A stretch of 64,000 nucleotides of DNA. It comes from Proteromonas lacertae (Eukaryota). The position numbers and the translations under genes are program-made. Numbering within the stretch: position 1 is the stretch's first letter; every line of letters begins with the position of its first letter. Of the stretch, positions 13,901-28,900 are shown one piece after another. The stretch lies in the NCBI GenBank assembly GCA_002245135.1, contig NGBS01001173.1, forward strand, positions 62,001 to 126,000, in the 5' to 3' direction. The notes beneath the pieces are model-generated. The model had not been told where the DNA came from, searched no databases, and worked only from the letters and a program-made list of their open reading frames with translations.

Positions 13901-16900
13901 GAAAGTATAAAAGAGAATGATGTAGATCCATGTTATTTATATGATGAAGATAAAGTAATGGATTTACCAATAATCTATAATAACGAAAAAGATGAGAATG
14001 ATGAATTATTAAAGAATGAGTTATTAGAAGGTGATGAATTATTACCTAAAGAAGAAGAAGAAGAAAGTATAAAAGAGATGTAGATCCATGTTATTTATAT
14101 GATGAAGATAAAGTAATGGATTTACCAATAATCTATAATAACGAAAAAGATGAGATGATGAATTATTAAAGAATGAGTTATTAGAAGGTGATGAATTATT
14201 ACCTAAAGAAGAAGAAGAAGAATAAAATGATGTAGATCCATGTTATTTATATGATGAAGATAAAGTAATGGATTTACCAATAATCTATAATAACGATGAG
14301 AATGATGAATTATTAAAGAATGAGTTATTAGAAGGTGATGAATTATTACCTAAAGAAGAAGAAGAAGAAAGTATAAAAGAGAATGATGTAGATCCATGTT
14401 ATTTATATGATGAAGATAAAGTAATGGATTTACCAATAATCTATAATAACGAAAAAGATGAGAATGATGAATTATTAAAGAATGAGTTATTAGAAGGTGA
14501 TGAATTATTACCTAAAGAAGAAGAAGAAGAAGAAGAAAGTATAAAAGAGAATGATGTAGATCCATGTTATTTATATGATGAAGATAAAGTAATGGATTTA
14601 CCAATAATCTATAATAACGAAAAAGATGAGAATGATGAATTATTAAAGAATGAGTTATTAGAAGGTGATGAATTATTACCTAAAGAAGAAGAAGAAGAAG
14701 AAGAAGTATAAAAAGAGAATGATGTAGATCCATGTTATTTATATGATGAAGATAAAGTAATGGATTTACCAATAATCTATAATAACGAAAAAGATGAGAA
14801 TGATGAATTATTAAAGAATGAGTTATTAGAAGGTGATGAATTATTACCTAAAGAAGAAGAAGAAGAAAGTATAAAAGAGAATGATGTAGATCCATGTTAT
14901 TTATATGATGAAGATAAGTAATGGATTTACCAATAATCTATAATAACGAAAAAGATGAGAATGATGAATTATTAAAGAATGAGTTATTAGAAGGTGATGA
15001 ATTATTACCTAAAGAGAAGAAGAAGAAGAAGAAGTATAAAAGAGAATGATGTAGATCCATGTTATTTATATGATGAAGATAAAGTAATGGATTTACCAAT
15101 AATCTATAATAAACGAAGATGAGAATGATGAATTATTAAAGAATGAGTTATTAGAAGGTGATGAATTATTACCTAAAAGAAGAAGAAGAAGAAAAAGTAT
15201 AAAAGAGAATGATGTAGATCCATGTTATTTATATGATGAAGATAAAGTAATGGATTTACCAATAATCTATAATAACGAAAAGATGAGAATGATGAATTAT
15301 TAAAGAATGAGTTATTAGAAGGTGATGAATTATTACCTAAAAGAAAAGAAGAGAAGAAGTATAAAAAGAATGATGTAGATCCATGTTATTATATGATGAA
15401 GATAAAGTAATGGATTTACCAATAATCTATAATAACGAAAAGATGAGAATGATGAATTATTAAAGAATGAGTTATTAGAAGGTGATGAATTATTACCTAA
15501 AGAAGAAGAAGAAGAAGAAGAAAGTATAAAAGAGAATGATGTAGATCCATGTTATTTATATGATGAAGATAAAGTAATGGATTTACCAATAATCTATAAT
15601 AACGAAAAAGATGAGAATGATGAATTATTAAAGAATGAGTTATTAGAAGGTGATGAATTATTACCTAAAGAAGAAGAAGAAGAAGAAGAAAGTATAAAAG
15701 AGAATGATGTAGATCCATGTTATTTATATGATGAAGATAAAGTAATGGATTTACCAATAATCTATAATAACGAAAAAGATGAGAATGATGAATTATTAAA
15801 GAATGAGTTATTAGAAGGTGATGAATTATTACCTAAAGAAGAGAAGAAGAAAAGTATAAAAGAGAATGATGTAGATCCATGTTATTTATATGATGAAGAT
15901 AAAGTAATGGATTTACAATATATAATAACGAAAAAGATGAGAATGATGAATTATTAAAGAATGAGTTATTAGAAGGTGATGAATTATTACCTAGAAGAAG
16001 AAGAAGAAGAAAGTATAAAAGAGAATGATGTAGATCCATGTTATTTATATGATGAAGATAAAGTAATGGATTTACCAATAATCTATAATAACGAAAAAGA
16101 TGAGAATGATGAATTATTAAAGAATGAGTTATTAGAAGGTGATGAATTATTACCTAAAGAAGAAGAAGAAGAAGAAGAAAGTATAAAAGAGAATGATGTA
16201 GATCCATGTTATTTATATGATGAAGATAAAGTAATGGATTTACCAATAATCTATAATAACGAAAAAGATGAGAATGATGAATTATTAAAGAATGAGTTAT
16301 TAGAAGGTGATGAATTATTACCTAAAGAAGAAGAAGAAGAAAGTATAAAAGAGAATGATGTAGATCCATGTTATTTATATGATGAAGATAAAGTAATGGA
16401 TTTACCAATAATCTATAATAACGAAAAAGATGAGAATGATGAATTATTAAAGAATGAGTTATTAGAAGGTGATGAATTATTACCTAAAGAAGAAGAAGAA
16501 GAAAGTATAAAAGAGAATGATGTAGATCCATGTTATTTATATGATGAAGATAAAGTAATGGATTTACCAATAATCTATAATAACGAAAAAGATGAGAATG
16601 ATGAATTATTAAAGAATGAGTTATTAGAAGGTGATGAATTATTACCTAAAGAAGAGAAGAAGAAGAAAGTATAAAAGAGAATGATGTAGATCCATGTTAT
16701 TTATATGATGAAGATAAAGTAATGGATTTACCAATAATCTATAATAACGAAAAAGATGAGAATGATGAATTATTAAAGAATGAGTTATTAGAAGGTGATG
16801 AATTATTACCTAAAGAAGAAGAAGAAGAAGAAAGTATAAAAGAGAATGATGTAGATCCATGTTATTTATATGATGAAGATAAAGTAATGGATTTACCAAT

Positions 16901-19900
16901 AATCTATAATAACGAAAAAGATGAGAATGATGAATTATTAAAGAATGAGTTATTAGAAGGTGATGAATTATTACCTAAAGAAGAAGAAGAAGAAAGTATA
17001 AAAAGAGAATGATGTAGATCCATGTTATTTATATGATGAAGATAAAGTAATGGATTTACCAATAATCTATAATAACGAAAAAGATGAGAATGATGAATTA
17101 TTAAAGAATGAGTTATTAGAAGGTGATGAATTATTACCTAAAGAAGAAGAAGAAGAAAGTATAAAGAGAATGATGTAGATCCATGTTATTTATATGATGA
17201 AGATAAAGTAATGGATTTACCAATAATCTATAATAACGAAAAAGATGAGAATGATGAATTATTAAAGAATGAGTTATTAGAAGGTGATGAATTATTACCT
17301 AAAGAAGAAGAAGAAGAAAGTATAAAAGAGAATGATGTAGATCCATGTTATTTATATGATGAAGATAAAGTAATGGATTTACCAATAATCTATAATAACG
17401 AAAAAGATGAGAATGATGAATTATTAAAGAATGAGTTATTAGAAGGTGATGAATTATTACCTAAAGAGAAGAAGAAGAAGAAAGTATAAAAGAGAATGAT
17501 GTAGATCCATGTTATTTATATGATGAAGATAAAGTAATGGATTTACCAATAATCTATAATAACGAAAAGATGAGAATGATGAATTATTAAGAATGAGTTA
17601 TTAGAAGGTGATGAATTATTACCTAAAGAAGAAGAAGAAGAAAGTATAAAAGAGAATGATATAGATCCATGTTATTTATATGATGAAGATAAAGTAATGG
17701 ATTTACCAATAATCTATAATAACGAAAAAGATGAGAATGATGAATTATTAAAGAATGAGTTATTAGAAGGTGATGGAATTATTACCTAAAGAAGAAGAAG
17801 AAGAAGAGAAGTATAAAAGAGAATGATGTAGATCCATGTTATTTATATGATGAAGATAAAGTAATGGATTTACCAATAATCTATAATAACGAAAAAGATG
17901 AGAATGATGAATTATTAAAGAATGAGTTATTAGAAGGTGATGAATTATTACCTAAAGAAGAAGAAGAAGAAGAAAGTATAAAGAGAATGATGTAGATCCA
18001 TGTTATTTATATGATGAAGATAAAGTAATGGATTTACCAATAATCTATAATAACGAAAAAGATGAGAATGATGAATTATTAAAGAATGAGTTATTAGAAG
18101 GTGATGAATTATTACCTAAAGAAGAAGAAGAAGAAAGTATAAAGAGAATGATGTAGATCCATGTTATTTATATGATGAAGATAAAGTAATGGATTTACCA
18201 ATAATCTATAATAACGAAAAAGATGAGAATGATGAATTATTAAAGAATGAGTTATTAGAAGGTGATGAATTATTACCTAAAGAAGAAGAAGAAGAAGAAG
18301 AAAGTATAAAAGAGAATGATGTAGATCCATGTTATTTATATGATGAAGATAAGTAATGGATTTACCAATAATCTATAATAACGAAAAAGATGAGAATGAT
18401 GAATTATTAAAGAATGAGTTATTAGAAGGTGATGAATTATTACCTAAAGAAGAAGAAGAAGAAAGTATAAAAGAGAATGATGTAGATCCATGTTATTTAT
18501 ATGATGAAGATAAAGTAATGGATTTACCAATAATCTATAATAACGAAAAAGATGAGAATGATGAATTATTAAAGAATGAGTTATTAGAAGGTGATGAATT
18601 ATTACCTAAAGAAGAAGAAGAAGAAAGTATAAAAGAGAATGATGTAGATCCATGTTATTTATATGATGAAGATAAAGTAATGGATTTACCAATAATCTAT
18701 AATAACGAAAAAGATGAGAATGATGAATTATTAAAGAATGAGTTATTAGAAGGTGATGAATTATTACCTAAAGAAGAAGAAGAAGAAAGTATAAAAGAGA
18801 ATGATGTAGATCCATGTTATTTATATGATGAAGATAAAGTAATGGATTTACCAATAATCTATAATAACGAAAAAGATGAGAATGATGAATTATTAAAGAA
18901 TGAGTTATTAGAAGGTGATGAATTATTACCTAAAGAAGAAGAAGAAGAAGAAAGTATAAAAGAGAATGATGTAGATCCATGTTATTTATATGATGAAGAT
19001 AAAGTAATGGATTTACCAATAATCTATAATAACGAAAAAGATGAGAATGATGAATTATTAAAGAATGAGTTATTAGAAGGTGATGAATTATTACCTAAAG
19101 AAGAAGAAGAAGAAAGTATAAAAGAGAATGATGTAGATCCATGTTATTTATATGATGAAGATAAAGTAATGGATTTACCAATAATCTATAATAACGAAAA
19201 AGATGAGAATGATGAATTATTAAAGAATGAGTTATTAGAAGGTGATGAATTATTACCTAAAGAAGAAGAAGAAGAAAGTATAAAAGAGAATGATGTAGAT
19301 CCATGTTATTTATATGATGAAGATAAAGTAATGGATTTACCAATAATCTATAATAACGAAAAAGATGAGAATGATGAATTATTAAAGAATGAGTTATTAG
19401 AAGGTGATGAATTATTACCTAAAGAAGAAGAAGAAGAAAGTATAAAAGAGAATGATGTAGATCCATGTTATTTATATGATGAAGATAAAGTAATGGATTT
19501 ACCAATAATCTATAATAACGAAAAAGATGAGAATGATGAATTATTAAAGAATGAGTTATTAGAAGGTGATGAATTATTACCTAAAGAAGAAGAAGAAGAA
19601 AGTATAAAAGAGAATGATGTTAGATCCATGTTATTTATATGATGAAGATAAAGTAATGGATTTACCAATAATCTATAATAACGAAAAAGATGAGAATGAT
19701 GAATTATTAAAGAATGAGTTATTAGAAGGTGATGAATTATTACCTAAAGAAGAAGAAGAAGAAAGTATAAAGAGAATGATGTAGATCCATGTTATTTATA
19801 TGATGAAGATAAGTAATGGATTTACCAATAATCTATAATAACGAAAAAGATGAGAATGATGAATTATTAAAGAATGAGTTATTAGAAGGTGATGAATTAT

Positions 19901-22900
19901 TACCTAAAGAAGAAGAAGAAGAAAGTATAAAAGAGAATGATGTAGATCCATGTTATTTATATGATGAAGATAAAGTAATGGATTTACCAATAATCTATAA
20001 TAACGAAAAAGATGAGAATGATGAATTATTAAAGAATGAGTTATTAGAAGGTGATGAATTATTACCTAAAGAAGAAGAAGAAGAAGAAGAAAGTATAAAA
20101 GAGAATGATGTAGATCCATGTTATTTATATGATGAAGATAAAGTAATGGATTTACCAATAATCTATAATAACGAAAAAGATGAGAATGATGAATTATTAA
20201 AGAATGAGTTATTAGAAGGTGATGAATTATTACCTAAAGAAGAAGAAAGAAGAAGAAAGTATAAAAGAGAATGATGTAGATCCATGTTATTTATATGATG
20301 AGATAAAGTAATGGATTTACCATAATCTATAATAACGAAAAAGATGAGAATGATGAATTATTAAAGAATGAGTTATTAGGAAGGTGATGAATTATTACCT
20401 AAAGAAGAAGAAGAAGAAAGTATAAAAGAGAATGATGTAGATCCATGTTATTTTATATGATGAAGATAAGTAATGGATTTACCAATAATCTATAATACGA
20501 AAAAGATGAGAATGATGAATTATTAAAGAATGAGTTATTAGAAGGTGATGAATTATTACCTAAAGAAAAGAAGAAGAAGAAGAAGTATAAAAGAGAATGA
20601 TGTAGATCCATGTTATTTATATGATGAAGATAAAGTAATGGATTTACCATAATCTATAATAACGAAAAAGATGAGAATGATGAATTATTAAAGAATGAGT
20701 TATTAGAAGGTGATGAATTATTACCTAAAGAAGAGAAGAAGAGAAGTATAAAAGAGAATGATGTAGATCCATGTTATTTATATGATGAAGATAAAGTAAT
20801 GGATTTACCAATAATCTATAATAACGAAAAAGATGAGAATGATGAATTATTAAGAATGAGTTATTAGAAGGTGATGAATTATTACCTAAAGAAGAAGAAG
20901 AAGAAGAAAGTATAAAAGAGAATGATGTAGATCCATGTTATTTATATGATGAAGATAAAGTAATGGATTTACCAATAATCTATAATAACGAAAAAGATGA
21001 GAATGATGAATTATTAAAGAATTGAGTTATTAGAAGGTGATGAATTATTACCTAAAGAAGAAGAAGAAGAAAGTATAAAAGAGAATGATGTAGATCCATG
21101 TTATTTATATGATGAAGATAAAGTAATGGATTACCATAATCTATAATAACGAAAAAGATGAGAATGATGAATTATTAAAGAATGAGTTATTAGAAGGTGA
21201 TGAATTATTACCTAAAGAAGAAGAAGAAGAAGTATAAAAGAGAATGATGTAGATCCATGTTATTTATATGATGAAGATAAAGTAATGGATTTACCAATAA
21301 TCTATAATAACGAAAAGATGAGAATGATGAATTATTAAAGAATGAGTTATTAGAAGGTGATGAATTATTACCTAAAGAAGAAGAAGAAGAAAGTATAAAA
21401 GAGAATGATGTAGATCCATGTTATTTATATGATGAAGATAAAGTAATGGATTTACCAATAATCTATAATACGAAAAAGATGAGAATGATGATTATTAAAG
21501 AATGAGTTATTAGAAGGTGATGAATTATTACCTAAAGAAGAAGAAGAAGAAGAAAGTATAAAAGAGAATGATGTAGATCCATGTTATTTATATGATGAAG
21601 ATAAAGTAATGGATTTACCAATAATCTATAATAACGAAAAAGATGAGAATGATGAATTATTAAAGAATGAGTTATTAGAAAGGTGATGAATTATTACCTA
21701 AAGAAGAAGAAGAAGAAAGTATAAAAGAGAATGATGTAGATCCATGTTATTTATATGATGAAGATAAAGTAATGGATTTACCAATAATCTATAATAACGA
21801 AAAAGATGAGAATGATGAATTATTAAAGAATGAGTTATTAGAAGGTGATGATTATTACCTAAAGAAGAAGAGAAGAAGAAGAAAGTATAAAAGAGAATGA
21901 TGTAGATCCATGTTATTTATATGATGAAGATAAAGTAATGGATTTACCAATAATCTATAATAACGAAAAAGATGAGAATGATGAATTATTAAAGAATGAG
22001 TTATTAGAAGGTGATGAATTATTACCTAAAGAAGAAGAAGAAGAAGAAAGTATAAAAGAGAATGATGTAGATCCATGTTATTTATATGATGAAGATAAAG
22101 TAATGGATTTACCATAATCTATAATAACGAAAAAGATGAGAATGATGAATTATTAAAGAATGAGTTATTAGAAGGTGATGAATTATTACCTAAAGAAGAA
22201 GAAGAAGAAAGTATAAAAGAGAATGATGTAGATCCATGTTATTTATATGATGAAGATAAAGTAATGGATTTACCAATAATCTATAATAACGAAAAAGATG
22301 AGAATGATGAATTATTAAAGAATGAGTTATTAGAAGGTGATGAATTATTACCTAAAGAAGAAGAAGAAGAAAGTTATAAAAGAGAATGATGTAGATCCAT
22401 GTTATTTATATGATGAAGATAAAGTAATGGATTTACCAATATCTATAATAACGAAAAAGATGAGAATGATGAATTATTAAAGAATGAGTTATTAGAAGGT
22501 GATGATTATTACCTAAAGAAGAAAGAAGAAGAGAAGTATAAAAGAGAATGATGTAGATCCATGTTATTTATATGATGAAGATAAGTAATGGATTTACCAA
22601 TAATCTATAATAACGAAAAAGATGAGAATGATGAATTATTAAAGAATGAGTTATTAGAAGGTGATGAATTATTACCTAAAGAAGAAGAAGAAGAAGAAGA
22701 AGTATAAAAGAGAATGATGTAGATCCATGTTATTTATATGATGAAGATAAAGTAATGGATTTACCAATAATCTATAATAACGAAAAAGATGAGAATGATG
22801 AATTATTAAAGAATGAGTTATTAGAAGGTGATGAATTATTACCTAAAGAAGAAGAAGAAGAAGAGAAAGTATAAAAGAGATGATGTAGATCCATGTTATT

Positions 22901-25900
22901 TATATGATGAAGATAAAGTAATGGATTTACCATAATCTATAATAACGAAAAAGATGAGAATGATGAATTATTAAAGAATGAGTTATTAGAAGGTGATGAA
23001 TTATTACTAAAGAAGAAGAAGAAGAAAGTATAAAAGAGAATGATGTAGATCCATGTTATTATATGATGAAGATAAAGTAATGGATTTACCAATAATCTAT
23101 AATAACGAAAAAGATGAGAATGATGAATTATTAAAGAATGAGTTATTAGAAGGTGATGAATTATTACCTAAAGAAGAAGAAGAAGAAGAGAAGTATAAAA
23201 GAGAATGATGTAGATCCATGTTATTTATATGATGAAGATAAAGTAATGGATTTACCAATAATCTATAATAACGAAAAAGATGAGAATGATGAATTATTAA
23301 AGAATGAGTTATTAGAAGGTGATGAATTATTACCTAAAGAAGAAGAAGAAGAAAGTATAAAAGAGAATGATGTAGATCCATGTTATTTATATGATGAAGA
23401 TAAAGTAATGGATTTACCAATAATCTATAATAACGAAAGATGAGAATGATGAATTATTAAGAATGAGTTATTAGAAATGAATTATTACCTAAAGAAGAAG
23501 AAGAAGAAAGTATAAAAGAGAATGTAGATCCATGTTATTTATATGATGAATAAAGTAATGGATTTACCAATAATCTATAATAACGAAAAAGATGAGAATG
23601 ATGAATTATTAAAGAATGAGTTATTAGAAGGTGATGAATTATTACCTAAAGAAGAAGAAGAAGAAAGTATAAAAGAGAATGATGTAGATCCATGTTATTT
23701 ATATGATGAAGATAAAGTAATGGATTTACCAATAATCTATAATAACGAAAAAGATGAGAATGATGAATTATTAAAGAATGAGTTATTAGAAGGTGATGAA
23801 TTATTACCTAAAGAAGAAGAAGAAGAAGGTATAAAGAGAATGATGTAGATCCATGTTATTTATATGATGAAGATAAAGTAATGGATTTACCAATAATCTA
23901 TAATAACGAAAAAAGATGAGAATGATGAATTATTAAAGAATGAGTTATTAGAAGGTGATGAATTATTTACCTAAGAAGAAGAAGAAGAGAAAGTATAAAA
24001 GAGAATGATGTAGATCCATTATTTATATGATGAAGATAAAGTAATGGATTTACCAATAATCTATAATAACGAAAAAGATGAGAATGATGAATTATTAAAG
24101 AATGAGTTATTAGAAGGTGATGAATTATTACCTAAAGAAGAAGAAGAAGAAAGTATAAAAGAGAATGATGTAGATCCATGTTATTTATATGATGAAGATA
24201 AAGTAATGGATTTACAATAATCTATAATAACGAAAAAGATGAGAATGATGAATTATTAAAGAATGAGTTATTAGAAGGTGATGAATTATTACCTAAAGAA
24301 GAAGAAGAAAGAAAGTATAAAAGAAATGATGTAGATCCATGTTATTTATATGATGAAGATAAAGTAATGGATTTACCAATAATCTATAATAACGAAAAGA
24401 TGAGAATGATGAATTATTAAAGAATGAGTATTAGAAGGTGATGAATTATTACCTAAGAAGAGAAGAAGAAGAAAGTATAAAAGAGAATGATGTAGATCCA
24501 TGTTATTTATATGATGAAGATAAAGTAATGGATTTACCAATAATCTATAATAACGAAAAAGATGGAATGATGAATTATTAAAGAATGAGTTATTAGAAGG
24601 TGATGAATTACCTAAAGAAGAAGAAGAAGAAAGTATAAAAGAGAATGATGTAGATCCATGTTATTTATATGATGAAGATAAAGTAATGGATTTACCAATA
24701 ATCTATAATAACGAAAAAGATGAGAATGATGAATTATTAAAGAATGAGTTATTAGAAGGTGATGAATTATTACCTAAAGAAGAAGAAGAAGAAAGTATAA
24801 AAGAGAATGATGTAGATCCATGTTATTTATATGATGAAGATAAAGTAATGGATTTACCAATAATCTATAATAACGAAAAAGATGAGAATGATGAATTATT
24901 AAAGAATGAGTTATTAGAAGGTGATGAATATTACCTAAAGAAGAAGAAGAAGAAAGTATAAAAGAGAATGATGTAGATCCATTTATTTATATGATGAAGA
25001 TAAAGTAATGGATTTACCAATAATCTATAATAACGAAAAAGATGAGAATGATGAATTATTAAAGAATGAGTTATTAGAAGGTGATGAATTATTACCTAAA
25101 GAGAAGAAGAAGAAAGTATAAAAGAGAATGATGTAGATCCATGTTATTTATATGATGAAGATAAAGTAATGGATTTACCAATAATCTATAATAACGAAAA
25201 AGATGAGAATGCATGAATTATTAAAGAATGAGTTATTAGAAGGTGATGAATTATTACCTAAAGAAGAAGAAGAAGAAGAAGTATAAAAGAGAATGATGTA
25301 GATCCATGTTATTTATATGATGAAGATAAAGTAATGGATTTACCAATAATCTATAATAACGAAAAAGATGAGAATGATGAATTATTAAAGAATGAGTTAT
25401 TAGAAGGTGATGAATTATTACCTAAAAGAAGAAGAAGAAGAAGAAAGTATAAAGAGAATGATGTAGATCCATGTTATTTATATGATGAAGATAAAGTAAT
25501 GGATTTACCAATAATCTATAATAACGAAAAAGATGAGAATGATGAATTATTAAAGAATGAGTTATTAGAAGTGATGAATTATTACCTAAAGAAAGAAGAG
25601 AAGAAGAAAGTATAAAAGAGAATGATGTAGATCCATGTTATTTATATGATGAAGATAAAGTAATGATTTACCAATAATCTATAATAACGAAAAAGATGAG
25701 AATGATGGAATTATTAAAGAATGAGTTATTAGAAGGTGATGAATTATTACCTAAAGAAGAAGAAGAAAGAAAGTATAAAAGAGAATGATGTAGATCCATG
25801 TTATTTATATGATGAAGATAAAGTAATGGATTTACAATAATCTATAATAACGAAAAAGATGAGAATGATGAATTATTAAAGAATGAGTTATTAGAAGGTG

Positions 25901-28900
25901 ATGAATTATTACCTAAAGAAGAAGAAGAAGAAGAAGAAAGTATAAAAGAGAATGATGTAGATCCATGTTATTTATATGATGAAGATAAAGTAATGGATTT
26001 ACCAATAATCTATAATAACGAAAAAGATGAGAATGATGAATTATTAAAGAATGAGTTATTAGAAGGTGATGAATTATTACCTAAAGAAGAAGAAGAAGAA
26101 GAAAGTATAAAAGAGAATGATGTAGATCCATGTTATTTATATGATGAAGATAAAGTAATGGATTTACCAATAATCTATAATAACGAAAAAGATGAGAATG
26201 ATGAATTATTAAAGAATGAGTTATTAGAAGGTGATGAATTATTACCTAAAGAAGAAGAAGAAGAAGAAGAAAGTATAAAAGAGAATGATGTAGATCCATG
26301 TTATTTATATGATGAAGATAAAGTAATGGATTTACCAATAATCTATAATAACGAAAAAGATGAGAATGATGAATTATTAAAGAATGAGTTATTAGAAGGT
26401 GATGAATTATTACCTAAAGAAGAAGAAGAAGAAAGTATAAAAGAGAATGATGTAGATCCATGTTATTTATATGATGAAGATAAAGTAATGGATTTACCAA
26501 TAATCTATAATAACGAAAAAGATGAGAATGATGAATTATTAAAGAATGAGTTATTAGAAGGTGATGAATTATTACCTAAAGAAGAAGAAGAAGAAGAAGA
26601 AAGTATAAAAGAGAATGATGTAGATCCATGTTATTTATATGATGAAGATAAAGTAATGGATTTACCAATAATCTATAATAACGAAAAAGATGAGAATGAT
26701 GAATTATTAAAGAATGAGTTATTAGAAGGTGATGAATTATTACCTAAAGAAGAAGAAGAAGAAGAAAGTATAAAGAGAATGATGTAGATCCATGTTATTT
26801 ATATGATGAAGATAAAGTAATGGATTTACCAATAATCTATAATAACGAAAAAGATGAGAATGATGAATTATTAAAGAATGAGTTATTAGAAGGTGATGAA
26901 TTATTACCTAAAGAAGAAGAAGAAGAAAGTATAAAAGAGAATGATGTAGATCCATGTTATTTATATGATGAAGATAAAGTAATGGATTTACCAATAATCT
27001 ATAATAACGAAAAAGATGAGAATGATGAATTATTAAAGAATGAGTTATTAGAAGGTGATGAATTATTACCTAAAGAAGAAGAAGAAGAAGAAAGTATAAA
27101 AGAGAATGATGTAGATCCATGTTATTTATATGATGAAGATAAAGTAATGGATTTACCAATAATCTATAATAACGAAAAAGATGAGAATGATGAATTATTA
27201 AAGAATGAGTTATTAGAAGGTGATGAATTATTACCTAAAGAAGAAGAAGAAGAAGAAAGTATAAAAGAGAATGATGTAGATCCATGTTATTTATATGATG
27301 AAGATAAAGTAATGGATTTACCAATAATCTATAATAACGAAAAAGATGAGAATGATGAATTATTAAAGAATGAGTTATTAGAAGGTGATGAATTATTACC
27401 TAAAGAAGAAGAAGAAGAAAGTATAAAAGAGAATGATGTAGATCCATGTTATTTATATGATGAAGATAAAGTAATGGATTTACCAATAATCTATAATAAC
27501 GAAAAAGATGAGAATGATGAATTATTAAAGAATGAGTTATTAGAAGGTGATGAATTATTACCTAAAGAAGAAGAAGAAGAAAGTATAAAAGAGAATGATG
27601 TAGATCCATGTTATTTATATGATGAAGATAAAGTAATGGATTTACCAATAATCTATAATAACGAAAAAGATGAGAATGATGAATTATTAAAGAATGAGTT
27701 ATTAGAAGGTGATGAATTATTACCTAAAGAAGAAGAAGAAGAAGAAAGTATAAAAGAGAATGATGTAGATCCATGTTATTTATATGATGAAGATAAAGTA
27801 ATGGATTTACCAATAATCTATAATAACGAAAAAGATGAGAATGATGAATTATTAAAGAATGAGTTATTAGAAGGTGATGAATTATTACCTAAAGAAGAAG
27901 AAGAAAGAAAGTATAAAAGAGAATGATGTAGATCCATGTTATTTATATGATGAAGATAAAGTAATGGATTTACCAATAATCTATAATAACGAAAAAGATG
28001 AGAATGATGAATTATTAAAGAATGAGTTATTAGAAGGTGATGAATTATTACCTAAAGAAGAAGAAGAAGAAGAAAGTATAAAGAGAATGATGTAGATCCA
28101 TGTTATTTATATGATGAAGATAAAGTAATGGATTTACCAATAATCTATAATAACGAAAAAGATGAGAATGATGAATTATTAAAGAATGAGTTATTAGAAG
28201 GTGATGAATTATTACCTAAAGAAGAAGAAGAAGAAGAAGAAAGTATAAAAGAGAATGATGTAGATCCATGTTATTTATATGATGAAGATAAAGTAATGGA
28301 TTTACCAATAATCTATAATAACGAAAAAGATGAGAATGATGAATTATTAAAGAATGAGTTATTAGAAGGTGATGAATTATTACCTAAAGAGAAGAAGAAG
28401 AAGAAGAAAGTATAAAAGAGAATGATGTAGATCCATGTTATTTATATGATGAAGATAAAGTAATGGATTTACCAATAATCTATAATAACGAAAAAGATGA
28501 GAATGATGAATTATTAAAGAATGAGTTATTAGAAGGTGATGAATTATTACCTAAAGAAGAAGAAGAAGAAAGGTATAAAAGAGAATGATGTAGATCCATG
28601 TTATTTATATGATGAAGATAAAGTAATGGATTTACCAATAATCTATAATAACGAAAAAGATGAGAATGATGAATTATTAAAGAATGAGTTATTAGAAGGT
28701 GATGAATTATTACCTAAAGAAGAAGAAGAAGAAAGTATAAAAGAGAATGATGTAGATCCATGTTATTTATATGATGAAGATAAAGTAATGGATTTACCAA
28801 TAATCTATAATAACGAAAAAGATGAGAATGATGAATTATTAAAGAATGAGTTATTAGAAGGTGATGAATTATTACCTAAAGAAGAAGAAGAAGAAGAAAG